Shown here: piece after piece, positions 38,477 through 47,790 of the stretch
Position numbering within the stretch: the first letter of the stretch is position 1
Layout of the letters: every line of letters begins with the position of its first letter
Source of the DNA: Candidatus Delongbacteria bacterium
Lineage (GTDB): Bacteria; UBA4055
Length of the DNA: 61,780 bases
NCBI GenBank assembly: GCA_016937995.1
Contig: JAFGVM010000066.1
Span: 1-61,780, forward strand
Reading direction: 5' to 3'
The notes under the pieces: model-generated
Database searches by the model: none
What the model saw: only the letters and a program-made list of their open reading frames with translations
What the model was told of the DNA's origin: nothing
Program-made: the position numbers and the translations under genes

Positions 38477-40159
38477 TTACCTTAATGCTTCTTTGACTTC
38501 CTGATATAATTGAGGGTTGGTAAAGTGTTTTGATCTGATGGAACCTGAAGGACAACTACCTATACAATTACCGCACCCACGACAAATAGCTTCATTTACT
38601 ACTGAAATACCTTTTTCGTCATCAAAATAGATCGAATCGAACTTGCATACCTGAAGACATGTTTTACATCCTGTACAATAAGCCTCAAGAACTTCTGAAA
38701 CTTTAACCTCAGGTACGATCTTCTGACCCGGGATAAGCTGAGTAAGGATCTTTCCGCCAGCGGCTTTTGACTGTATAACAGCGTCTGTAATACTTCCGGG
38801 ACCGTGAGCGGTACCAACAGCGAAAACACCGTCGATATTGGTTGAAACAGGATTTATCTTCATGTGTGCTTCGTTGAAGAAACCCATTTCATCAAGATCT
38901 AAGTTCAATAATTTTGATATTTCATTTGTACTTTTACCTGGAACAGTAGAAGGTGCAAGGACTATCATGTCAGCATCTAAAACTATCTCTTCTCCTTTTC
39001 TACTCTTATATGTCAATTTCTGACCATCAATTTTGAATTCATCTATGTAAACTATTTCAGCACCGTTATCAACAACACTGTTACAGAATTTCTGACTGGT
39101 TTTATTAGGCAGACAAAGGTCTTTAACAAGATGTGTTATCTTCTTAATTCCCTGTTTTTGCAAATAATTCGATATCTTGAAACTGTAATTACAGCAGATC
39201 TTGGAGCAATACCCTACTTCGTCTCTTCCCACACAGTGTATAAGAACAACTGAGTTAACTTCCTCACCTGACCTTAATGCAACTTTCTTCTTTTCGTTGA
39301 TCATAGCTTCAAGTTCTAAAGCATTGAATACATTGTTTTCTGCTGTATAATTCACATTATCAAGCTTATTAGGATCAAAAAGATCGAATCCGGTCGCAAC
39401 AACAACCGCACCTGCCAGAAGTTCGAGAATTCCGTCATTGTTTTTAGCGTTCAGAGTAACTTCAAAATTGCCCATGAAACCGACAATTCTCTCAACTTCA
39501 GTATTTGTAAACACTTTGATATAATGGTTCTTCTTAACTTCTGCGATCATTCTCTGGAGTGAGGTCAGAGTTTCCCCCTGCATAGGAAGTAGTCCGAATA
39601 GATCTGATGCATGTCCACCCAGTTGTTCACTTTTTTCAACCAGGAATACCATTCTTTCTTTACTTGCAACAGATAACGCTGCTTCCATTCCTGCCATTCC
39701 ACCACCGATGACAAGTACATCAGGATTACTGTCAAGCTGCTTCTCTTCTAATGGAGACTGATAAAGTACTCTGTTCATTCCCGCATGAATGTAATTAATA
39801 GCTTTTTTAGTAGCTTCTTCCATGTCAGGGATTATCCAGGCAACCTGTTCTCTTATATTTATAATTGTATAAAGGTATGGATTCAGTTGTGTTTTCTTAC
39901 ATACATTAATAAAAGTGGCGTCATGATCTCTTGGTGAGCAGGCTGCACAAACCATATGGGTCAGTTTGTTTTCATTTATTTCATCCTCCAGGAATTTTTT
40001 TCCGCCAACAGAACAAAGTAGCTTGTGTTTTTTTATAATGAGTTCTTTGTCCTTAAAATCCTCTAGTCTTGAAAGTTCATCAGCGACTTTATCAAGATCT
40101 ATTTTTGAAGCGATGTTGGGTCCGCACTCACATAAATATATTCCAATTTTTTCAGTCAT
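38477..40159 (-). CDS. hdrA: HdrA-like protein (matches the C-terminal half of the 1017-aa HdrA)
   Basis: LCECG, ACSPRDH, NIREQ, GGGMAG, CVGR..CSKICC, C-terminal ferredoxin. Confidence 0.85.
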   Translation of the reverse strand: MTEKIGIYLCECGPNIASKIDLDKVADELSRLEDFKDKELIIKKHKLLCSVGGKKFLEDEINENKLTHMVCAACSPRDHDATFINVCKKTQLNPYLYTIINIREQVAWIIPDMEEATKKAINYIHAGMNRVLYQSPLEEKQLDSNPDVLVIGGGMAGMEAALSVASKERMVFLVEKSEQLGGHASDLFGLLPMQGETLTSLQRMIAEVKKNHYIKVFTNTEVERIVGFMGNFEVTLNAKNNDGILELLAGAVVVATGFDLFDPNKLDNVNYTAENNVFNALELEAMINEKKKVALRSGEEVNSVVLIHCVGRDEVGYCSKICCNYSFKISNYLQKQGIKKITHLVKDLCLPNKTSQKFCNSVVDNGAEIVYIDEFKIDGQKLTYKSRKGEEIVLDADMIVLAPSTVPGKSTNEISKLLNLDLDEMGFFNEAHMKINPVSTNIDGVFAVGTAHGPGSITDAVIQSKAAGGKILTQLIPGQKIVPEVKVSEVLEAYCTGCKTCLQVCKFDSIYFDDEKGISVVNEAICRGCGNCIGSCPSGSIRSKHFTNPQLYQEVKEALR

Positions 40160-40177
40160 TTTTATACCTTAATTATA

Positions 40178-41464
40178 TTATTCCTGGATCGACAATATTC
40201 CTGCTACTGCTGCTTCCGCCTGCAAAACTGAACGCTGTATATCTTTAGGTCCTTCAGCACATCCTGCTACGAAAATACCCGGTCTTGAAGTCTCAACAGA
40301 ACCTATTTTATGAGGTTCAACTGCGATAAAACCGAACTCATCTCTTTCAATATCAAGAGCATTTGTAATTTCTTCAATGTCTTTTGGAGGTACAAATGAA
40401 CTGGCAAGGATCAGCATATCAACAGATAATTTACTTTCTTTTTCTTCATTATTTATATAGGTGATCAATATTTTATCACCATCTTCAGAAACTTTCATTT
40501 TATTTCTATCCGTCTGAAAAATAAATTCTGAAGATTCTTCTTTAACTTTAGTATTAAATTTCTGATAAGTTTTGTCAGGGAGACAAAGGTCTGAATATAT
40601 GTTATATATTTTTGCTTCTGGAAGTTTGTGTTTAATGAAATGGGCGTGCTTTGAAGATGACATACAGCAGACACTTGAACAGTAACCTACCTTATCTCTT
40701 CCTACACAATGAACTATAGCTACAGATTCGGGTGTTTTATCAGAGTCTCTCAGGGTAAGTGCTCCTTCAGTTGGACCGTTGGAAGCAAAAAGTCTTTCAA
40801 ATTCCAATGCAGTATAAACACATTTGAATTTACCATATCCTAACTCTTCTATGGTTGATACATCGAACAATTCATAACCGGTAGCAACGATAATACCTGA
40901 AACTTCGATCTCGATCTTTTCATCTTTCTGACTGAAATCAAATGCTGCGAACATACAGGCATCAATACATTTACTGCAACTTTCATCCTGCCCGTTCAGC
41001 CTCAAGCAATGTTCAGCTTCAACTCTAGGAACATTCGGTAAGGCACCTGAACAAGGAATATATACAGCTTTTCTATCGATAAGATTCTCTTCCCACTCGT
41101 TCTTAATAACTACAGGGCAAGGTTCATAGCACATATGGCAACCAAGGCAAGCCTCTGCATTGATATATCTTGCAGTCTTATTAATTGTTACTTTAAAATT
41201 ACCTTCATCACCGGTAACTTTTTCTACAGTACTGAGGGTCAGCAGATCAATATTGGCATCCTGCAGGATTTCCTGTTGGATAGGAGCGACCAGGCAAGTT
41301 GAGCAATCAAGATTAGGATAGGTTTCCTCGTTCTTGATAGTCTTTCCTCCAGTGAGAGCCAGTTTCTCAACCAAGATAACTTTTTTACCTGCCTTAGAAA
41401 GCATTAAAGATGCATCCATCCCTGCTACTCCAGATCCTATTACTAATACTTTTTCATTATTCAT
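40178..41464 (-). CDS. hdrA: HdrA-like protein (matches the N-terminal half of the 1017-aa HdrA)
   Basis: GSGVAG, YPNLDCSTC, inserted ferredoxin, CVGR..CSSVCC, GPKDI. Confidence 0.85.
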   Translation of the reverse strand: MNNEKVLVIGSGVAGMDASLMLSKAGKKVILVEKLALTGGKTIKNEETYPNLDCSTCLVAPIQQEILQDANIDLLTLSTVEKVTGDEGNFKVTINKTARYINAEACLGCHMCYEPCPVVIKNEWEENLIDRKAVYIPCSGALPNVPRVEAEHCLRLNGQDESCSKCIDACMFAAFDFSQKDEKIEIEVSGIIVATGYELFDVSTIEELGYGKFKCVYTALEFERLFASNGPTEGALTLRDSDKTPESVAIVHCVGRDKVGYCSSVCCMSSSKHAHFIKHKLPEAKIYNIYSDLCLPDKTYQKFNTKVKEESSEFIFQTDRNKMKVSEDGDKILITYINNEEKESKLSVDMLILASSFVPPKDIEEITNALDIERDEFGFIAVEPHKIGSVETSRPGIFVAGCAEGPKDIQRSVLQAEAAVAGILSIQE

Positions 41465-41563
41465 TCAAATTTCCTTATGAGTAAACTCTATGATCTTTAA
41501 GTTTTTTTTCAAGTAGTCACTTTCAATCTATATTTTAATTTCATTTGCATTCATTATTAATTA

Positions 41564-41986
41564 CTACAACTTTGGATCCTGCTTTACAGGATTAGGACCA
41601 AGTGCTTTGATCTTTGCAGTAAAGTCATTTACAACCTGACTGTACTTCTTTCCCTCTGAGGCAGAAACCCAGGTTAACTGGATCCTTTCAGGATCAATAT
41701 TCAATGTTTGAAATACTTTTTTCAATAATGCGTATCTTCTACGCGCATAAAAATTACCAACCTGGTAATGGCAGTCTCCAGGATGTCAACCGGCTATCAG
41801 GATACCGTCAGCACCACTGAAGTATGTTGTAAGTAAGAGGTTTTGATCTATTCGGCTTGTACACATAACTCTTACAACATTTAATGAAGACGAGGTCTCC
41901 TGTTTGGCAGCTCCTGCCATATCAGCAGCGGCATAAGTACACCAGTTACAAAGAAAACCTACAATTTGGGGTTTGAATTCTTCCAT
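41564..41986 (-). CDS. mvhD: MvhD 2Fe-2S subunit, selenoprotein (Sec67 at TGA 41786-41788), 140 aa
   Basis: CNWCTY, MCTSR, then [16 protein letters not shown]...WVSASEG; TAG at 41564. Confidence 0.93.
41753..41769 (-). promoter_or_regulatory. Putative SECIS apical hairpin
   Basis: AUUACCA-GGU-UGGUAAU, stem starts 16 nt after UGA. Confidence 0.75.
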
Positions 41987-42011
41987 TTTTACTCTCTAAA
42001 GTTTATTAAAT

Positions 42012-42040
42012 GGAGTGCATTAATTTAGTCAATGCACTCC
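42012..42040. other. Intergenic hairpin between tusA and mvhD
   Basis: GGAGTGCATT-N9-AATGCACTCC perfect 10-bp stem. Confidence 0.5.
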
Positions 42041-42054
42041 TAAATTAGTTTGAA

Positions 42055-42279
42055 TTAAAACTGGATCTGAGCTGAGTGGTTACCACTACCATCATCCATA
42101 CAGAATAATAATGTTTTACCTGTTCTATCACACCAGGCTTTGATATCGGTCGGGAATGAAGGACAGTCAGCTTTAATTTCAAGTATATCTCCTTCTGCCA
42201 TTGTAGGCACTAATGCTACTACTTTAAGTATTGGTTGAGGACATTTTAGTCCCATACAATCTAATTCTTTTACTGCCAT
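42055..42279 (-). CDS. tusA: TusA family sulfur carrier
   Basis: LDCMGLKCPQP, DIKAWC. Confidence 0.92.
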   Translation of the reverse strand: MAVKELDCMGLKCPQPILKVVALVPTMAEGDILEIKADCPSFPTDIKAWCDRTGKTLLFCMDDGSGNHSAQIQF

Positions 42280-42305
42280 TTTTAGCTCCTTTTATGCAAT
42301 TTAAT

Positions 42306-42665
42306 TTAAAATGAAAATGTTAATTCTGATCCTTGTGCTTCCGCAACAAATGTTGTAGCACCAACAACTTCACAACCATCTATAAGGTCTGCTTCTTTCA
42401 ATCCATGAACTTCAAAACCTAATTCACAAATTAAAATCCTTCCGCCAAGCATTTGAAATCCCTCCATCATTTCCTCAAGGTCCGGTAAATGCTTCCCAGC
42501 TTCGTTCAATTTCGCGATCTCACCTTTTTTGAACACAGGAAGTCCGCTTGGAAGCACGAATAGAATTACCTGATCACCGCTTGCGAGTGCTGAAACTGCA
42601 ATAGTGATAGCCGGATAGATATTCTTTACTTCAGATCCGTTCAGTGTCATTGATAACTTTGCCAT
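42306..42665 (-). CDS. DsrE/DsrF-like sulfurtransferase
   Basis: About 120 aa; ALASGDQVILF, ILICELG, VVGATTF; dsrE-tusA pairing. Confidence 0.8.
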   Translation of the reverse strand: MAKLSMTLNGSEVKNIYPAITIAVSALASGDQVILFVLPSGLPVFKKGEIAKLNEAGKHLPDLEEMMEGFQMLGGRILICELGFEVHGLKEADLIDGCEVVGATTFVAEAQGSELTFSF

Positions 42666-42806
42666 GATTTACTCCTTTAATTTGATTTATTTCGATCAAC
42701 TTTTAACTTTATCTTACTTATTAAGAATATTTACAGTACTTATTCAATAATTTACCTATTTAGTTATTCACGTATTCAAATAATACGATATAAATCGGTA
42801 AAAAAA

Positions 42807-43097
42807 TTATGTTTCCATTAAATCGATAAGTTTAACTGCAAAATCATCAATAACTTTGTAACAAACTTCAGTACCCTTTCTTATACCTTTTATGATACCG
42901 GCATCCTTTAATACCCTTAAATGTTGAGAAATAGTTGATTGAGGAAGTCCCATTCTTTCAGTACATTGAGTAACATTACATTCGTTATGAAATAATCCTA
43001 CTATCATTTCCAGTCTATGGGGGTGTGATAAAGGTTTAAGAACATGAACTAATTTGTCATAATCAATCTCTTTTTGTGTTAATCGTCTTGTAGGCAT
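42807..43097 (-). CDS. ArsR/SmtB family repressor heading the cluster
   Basis: LSHPHRL, PQSTISQHLRVLK, RKGTEVCY; three Cys. Confidence 0.92.
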   Translation of the reverse strand: MPTRRLTQKEIDYDKLVHVLKPLSHPHRLEMIVGLFHNECNVTQCTERMGLPQSTISQHLRVLKDAGIIKGIRKGTEVCYKVIDDFAVKLIDLMET

Positions 43098-43137
43098 TTT
43101 TTCTCCACTATTCGTGTGTTATTAAATTCACAATTTA

Positions 43138-43166
43138 AAATTAAAATACGATATAATGTTTGTCAA
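43138..43166 (-). promoter_or_regulatory. Sigma-70 promoter of arsR with candidate operator in the spacer
   Basis: TTGACA-N17-TAATTT; the spacer holds the 12-mer repeated at 42782-42793. Confidence 0.6.
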
Positions 43167-43415
43167 GTATTTTCTTTATCTAAATATTTGGATATTATGA
43201 TATTTGTAGAAAAATAGCTATGTATGATTCGTATACAATAGTGAAAATACAAGAAAATATTTTAAATGTGTTGTATTTATTGAAATAGTAAATGCCACAA
43301 GAAATGAAACATTATAAACTGATCAAAAAACGGTAAGAAAAAGATAATTATTGAAGAAAAATAACTTTAAGGAATAATTTTAAATTTATTTATAAAAATT
43401 GGAATAATATTATGA

Positions 43416-44144
43416 TCACTTAATAAAAAAAGTTTTGGTGGTCACTTTTTTACCGCCAACTTCTATCATGGTCCAGCCAGGATTAGTGTGTTTAATGTTA
43501 AATGTAGACGGCTTTTTACCTATTTGGAACCAGGTTGATGGTGTAATTGTGAAACTGAAATTTTCTTTTTGAACAGAATGATCAGTATGATAATGACCGC
43601 AGAAAACATTATTAATTCTTTTATTCTGATTTAAGAATGAAGTAGTATCCAGATGATTAGATAATGGATATCTTGAATCCATGTATTTACAATTGGCCAG
43701 TGAAGGAGGGTGATGCATGAAAAGAAGAACATTACTTCCATCATCATTCAGATCTAATTCTTCCTGTAATCTTTCAAGGTCAAGATATTCTGAAGAAGTA
43801 TCACAGAAAATCAAAGTATGCTCTTTTATTTTCATTGAATAAAAAACTGAACCATTCTTATAATGATCTTCCAGAGAAAATGCTTTAACAAAATTAGTTA
43901 CATTATCATGATTCCCGGGCAGAACAGCATAATTTATACCTTGGAGCGTTCTTTTTATCCATTCATATGGAGTATCATCAACATCAAGTGCGAGGTCTCC
44001 GGTAATTATCAGAATATCAAAATAATGTTTTTTAATTTGATTTAATGCCTGGAGATAATTATCCCTAAGGTTTACCTCATTCATGATCTTGTCTTTTTCA
44101 CTAACATGAATATCACTTAATTGTGCGATAACTAATTTGTTCAT
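43416..44144 (-). CDS. CpdA/Icc-like metallophosphoesterase
   Basis: SDIH, TGDL, PGNHD, HHPP, CGHYH, TPSTWFQ. Confidence 0.88.
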   Translation of the reverse strand: MNKLVIAQLSDIHVSEKDKIMNEVNLRDNYLQALNQIKKHYFDILIITGDLALDVDDTPYEWIKRTLQGINYAVLPGNHDNVTNFVKAFSLEDHYKNGSVFYSMKIKEHTLIFCDTSSEYLDLERLQEELDLNDDGSNVLLFMHHPPSLANCKYMDSRYPLSNHLDTTSFLNQNKRINNVFCGHYHTDHSVQKENFSFTITPSTWFQIGKKPSTFNIKHTNPGWTMIEVGGKKVTTKTFFIK

Positions 44145-44321
44145 TTTCAAATCCAGCTTTAAAACATTCAATATTTGGACAACATAGGTAGAATATGCCA
44201 ATAATTAATGCACAAAGCAATAAGAAATAATAAGAAATAAATCTTATCAGTGTAAAAATATTTAAAAATTGAGTTGTTATTTCAGAATTATTATGTTAAC
44301 TTATTGTCTGTAATATTGACC

Positions 44322-44388
44322 TCTGGTCATGGAATTCTGTGAAAATCAGAAGCTGCCCCGCAACCGTTAGAGCCGGATCTTTACCAGA
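44322..44388 (+). ncRNA. Cobalamin riboswitch, compact form
   Basis: GGAA-TTCTG-TGAAAAT-CAGAA-GCTGCCCCGCAACCGT...AGCCGGA, closed by TCTGGT/ACCAGA; upstream of a TonB-dependent receptor. Confidence 0.8.
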
Positions 44389-44426
44389 ACAGTCGCTGCA
44401 AAAATGCAGTTTCTTCGAGGGGAGAT

Positions 44427-46667
44427 GTGAGTTTGAAAATAATTTTCATACAATACATTCCTGCTTATCGCAGGATTTTTAATTTAACAGCAATATTTCT
44501 TTTTTTTATTTCGACGGATCTATTTTCAGGATCGAGGTTCACGGGTAATGTAACTGATAAAAATAATATTCCACTGCAGGATGTGAATATTGAGTTATTT
44601 CCTACCTCTTTAGGAACAACGACTGATGAAAACGGATATTTTTCTTTTGCTAGAGTAGACAATGGAAAATATATTTTAAAATTTTCACATGTTTCGTTTA
44701 AACCTTTCGAATTAGAAGCATTATCTGGAACAGCAGATAAATTAAAATTAAAGATTCAGTTACAAAATAATAATATCGAACTTGTCCCAATATCAGTAAC
44801 GAACATATCGTTATTTTCAGAGAAAAAAATTATTCCAAGAGAGGAAATAGAAAGATCGAACTCTTCTTCACTGGTAGATCTGATTGACGATCTTTCACCA
44901 ATTTCTATAGAAGAGGTAGACGGGATAAATACAAAGGTTTCAATCAGAGGGTCTGATAGTAAACAGGTATGTATAATGGTGGATGGAACAATTATAAATT
45001 CAAAAATGGATGGATCATTTAACATAAATTCAATTCCGGTTGAAATTATAGATCATATTGAAATCTTCAAAGGTGGTGATATTTCTCTTACATCACAAGG
45101 GATGGGTGGGATCATAAATATAGTTACCAAGAAAGAAATTAAGGGTAAAGAATTTTCATTAAAATATTCTAGTTTAGTATATTTCAGTGACAGAGATAAT
45201 CTGACATTTGACAGGTTTAACAATAATCAAATATCAGCGATGGTCTCATGGCCCTTAAAAACAGGTAATTTAGTTTTATCGTACAACAATAAACGTAATG
45301 AAAATAACTGGTCATATATAAATGCAGCTAAAGCCGATGAATATAGATATATAAACAATCCAAATTTACCGAGAATACAGGGGAACGCTTTTGACCACAG
45401 TGACAATTTTTACACCATGTACAGCGCGAATTTCAAAAAAATAAATTATGGCTTAGTTTTTAATTACTCTTTGGTAAAATATGGAATGCCTGGCTGGTAC
45501 GATCTACCCTATGAAAGTGCTTTTATGGAAAAGGACGATGCGAGTTATAAAATATTTTATGATCAAAAACTGAGTAGTTCAGCAGGAGTAAAAATAGATA
45601 TATCGCAGGAAATGGGTTCAAAACATGTTTATATAAATGAAATAGATTCTTTTTACTTCGCAGATAATACAGATCTTTACGACAACAGGAAAATAAAACT
45701 TTCAACATCATTTAACAATGGATCAATCATCTCATTTTCAGGTATTGAATATAAGAGGGAGGAAGTTGAATCTGAAATGATAGTTGGATTCGATCGATTT
45801 AGAGAAAATTATTCAGCTTTTTCGAAATTGGAATGGACAAATAATATTTTCAATGAGAGTTACAAATTTCATTTACTGGGAGGAATAAGACAGGAATATT
45901 TTTCAAGCACAAAAGAATTTGAAACTCTATATTCCTATGGTACATTCACTGAGTTTCTCAAAGGCAGGTTATCCCTAATACCCAAGTTCAATTACTCCAG
46001 AAATTATAGATTACCAACATTCAGCTCTATGTTCTGGGCCGACAATTTATATACTTCCGGTAACCCGGACCTGAAACCTGAATTCTCGAATATGTATGAT
46101 ACTTCCTTATCATTATCTTATATCAATCCGACATTTACAACTTCAATATACTTCACATACTATTACAAGGAGCTTGAAGATCTTATTGTGTGGATAAAAA
46201 AATCTAATGGCAGGTATATTCCTGAAAATCAACTTGGTGGGGAAATTTCAGGTATAGAAAGCGGAGTAGATCTTTCTTTTAAAAATTTATTTAAAATTAA
46301 CCTTAGCTTAAATACTTTGTCCTCAAAGCAATTTACAGATAATGTAGTAACCAATGAAAAAAAAATAATATATAAACCTGATATTATGTTCACTTCGAAA
46401 ATGGACTATTCTTACGGGGATATAAATTTTTCATTAAGTTCAAAATATAACGGTCATATGTTCCTTAATGAGACCAATAGTATTGACATTGATCCATTTT
46501 GGCTGCACGGTATGGAAATTGCCTATCAGTGTAGCATAAATGAACACTTTCCTGTAAATTACTATTTAAAGATCGATAATATGTTCGATGAGCAGTATCA
46601 GATAATTTATGGTTATCCGATGCCGGGAAGAAAAATTGAAACTGGAATAAAATTAAAATTGAAATAA
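44427..46667 (+). CDS. btuB: TonB-dependent receptor, probable cobalamin importer
   Basis: CarboxypepD-like N-domain, plug VSIRGS..DG, GNPDLKPE, GYPMPGR; riboswitch upstream. Confidence 0.8.
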   Translation: MSLKIIFIQYIPAYRRIFNLTAIFLFFISTDLFSGSRFTGNVTDKNNIPLQDVNIELFPTSLGTTTDENGYFSFARVDNGKYILKFSHVSFKPFELEALSGTADKLKLKIQLQNNNIELVPISVTNISLFSEKKIIPREEIERSNSSSLVDLIDDLSPISIEEVDGINTKVSIRGSDSKQVCIMVDGTIINSKMDGSFNINSIPVEIIDHIEIFKGGDISLTSQGMGGIINIVTKKEIKGKEFSLKYSSLVYFSDRDNLTFDRFNNNQISAMVSWPLKTGNLVLSYNNKRNENNWSYINAAKADEYRYINNPNLPRIQGNAFDHSDNFYTMYSANFKKINYGLVFNYSLVKYGMPGWYDLPYESAFMEKDDASYKIFYDQKLSSSAGVKIDISQEMGSKHVYINEIDSFYFADNTDLYDNRKIKLSTSFNNGSIISFSGIEYKREEVESEMIVGFDRFRENYSAFSKLEWTNNIFNESYKFHLLGGIRQEYFSSTKEFETLYSYGTFTEFLKGRLSLIPKFNYSRNYRLPTFSSMFWADNLYTSGNPDLKPEFSNMYDTSLSLSYINPTFTTSIYFTYYYKELEDLIVWIKKSNGRYIPENQLGGEISGIESGVDLSFKNLFKINLSLNTLSSKQFTDNVVTNEKKIIYKPDIMFTSKMDYSYGDINFSLSSKYNGHMFLNETNSIDIDPFWLHGMEIAYQCSINEHFPVNYYLKIDNMFDEQYQIIYGYPMPGRKIETGIKLKLK

Positions 46668-46683
46668 GATCAAGGGAGAAAAA

Positions 46684-47745
46684 ATGAAAAAGTTGTTAAC
46701 ATTAATTATTAGTGTAATGTTACTGATGAGCTGCTCTGAGGAAGATGAAAGTCCGATCAGTAAAGACGGAAGTATTTTTCTGATAAACGGTTTAGGTGCT
46801 GTCGGAACATTATCGGTCATTGATGATGATGGCATGATCTCAAATGATGTAATGAATGTAGGCAGTATACCAAATCATATCAGTGAGTATGAAGGTGTGT
46901 TGTATATTGTAAATTCCGGCAACAACAATGTTCAGATGATAAATGCATCAACATGTGAAAACATTGGTTCCATTGAGTTACCACCATTTAGAAACCCAAT
47001 GAGAGCGGTAGGTTGTAACGGAAAAATATATATTACAAGTATGCAAGGACCTGGACTAGATGTTTATTCGATCGAAGAGGCATCATTGGATTCGATAGTG
47101 TTAACATCTGTACCTGCTGAAAGTATGAATGGAGGTACTGATGCTATTTATTCTGATGGCAATTTTGTTTTCGTTGGTGTAAGGAACATAAACTATGATA
47201 ACTGGCCGATAGTCAACTATGGTCCAGAGTATATGGTTATTATCAATCCTGAAAGCGATTTGGTAGAAATCACTATGGAAGTTGGCTACAATATTGCAGA
47301 CATATTGATAGACCTGGAGGGTGATCTACATGTTCTCTGCTCTGGAAACAGGGACGATGTAAACGGTGTTGTTAAAGTCTATCCAAATACCAAGGTAGAA
47401 AAGGCTGAAGTTGAAGAAATCCTATTAGGTTCAGAACCGGGAAGTCTGATAATGAACAGTGAAGGTATGGTCTATGTGGGTGTAACTGTTTATGGAGGAA
47501 CTACAGGTTCAGGTGGTATAATGAAATATAATTCTGCAACCAACGAAGTTCTGAATAGCAGTGAAAATTTGTTATATTCAACTACTGATGATGTTATCAT
47601 GGATGTAGTTGTTGATGGATATGACAAATTATATGCACCGTTATTTTATGAGAATGAATTGATTGTTTTCGAAAATGATTCAATAGATACTGTTTTAACA
47701 ACAGGAGTCGGACCTCAGGAATTGGTATTTGTAGGGGAAGAGTAA
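46684..47745 (+). CDS. Beta-propeller lipoprotein (BtuG/YncE-like)
   Basis: Lipobox LMSC; repeats VGSIPN..LYIVNSG, TGVGP; cotranscribed with btuB. Confidence 0.7.
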   Translation: MKKLLTLIISVMLLMSCSEEDESPISKDGSIFLINGLGAVGTLSVIDDDGMISNDVMNVGSIPNHISEYEGVLYIVNSGNNNVQMINASTCENIGSIELPPFRNPMRAVGCNGKIYITSMQGPGLDVYSIEEASLDSIVLTSVPAESMNGGTDAIYSDGNFVFVGVRNINYDNWPIVNYGPEYMVIINPESDLVEITMEVGYNIADILIDLEGDLHVLCSGNRDDVNGVVKVYPNTKVEKAEVEEILLGSEPGSLIMNSEGMVYVGVTVYGGTTGSGGIMKYNSATNEVLNSSENLLYSTTDDVIMDVVVDGYDKLYAPLFYENELIVFENDSIDTVLTTGVGPQELVFVGEE

Positions 47746-47790
47746 ATAGATAATGAAAGTAAGTGTATGGTATATACATTTACTTTCTAC

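Noticed and set aside
24178-41986. Genome-wide UGA reassignment (Trp or Gly) as the cause of the in-frame TGAs
   Set aside because: ppi, cdsA, the cpdA-like gene and batA end normally at TGA, long genes have no internal TGA, the MvhD TGAs sit at a Cys ligand, and the UCA tRNA has Sec-type features
32073-41986. mvhD copies as nonsense pseudogenes
   Set aside because: The same codon is affected in three diverged paralogs, with intact downstream frames and conserved hairpins
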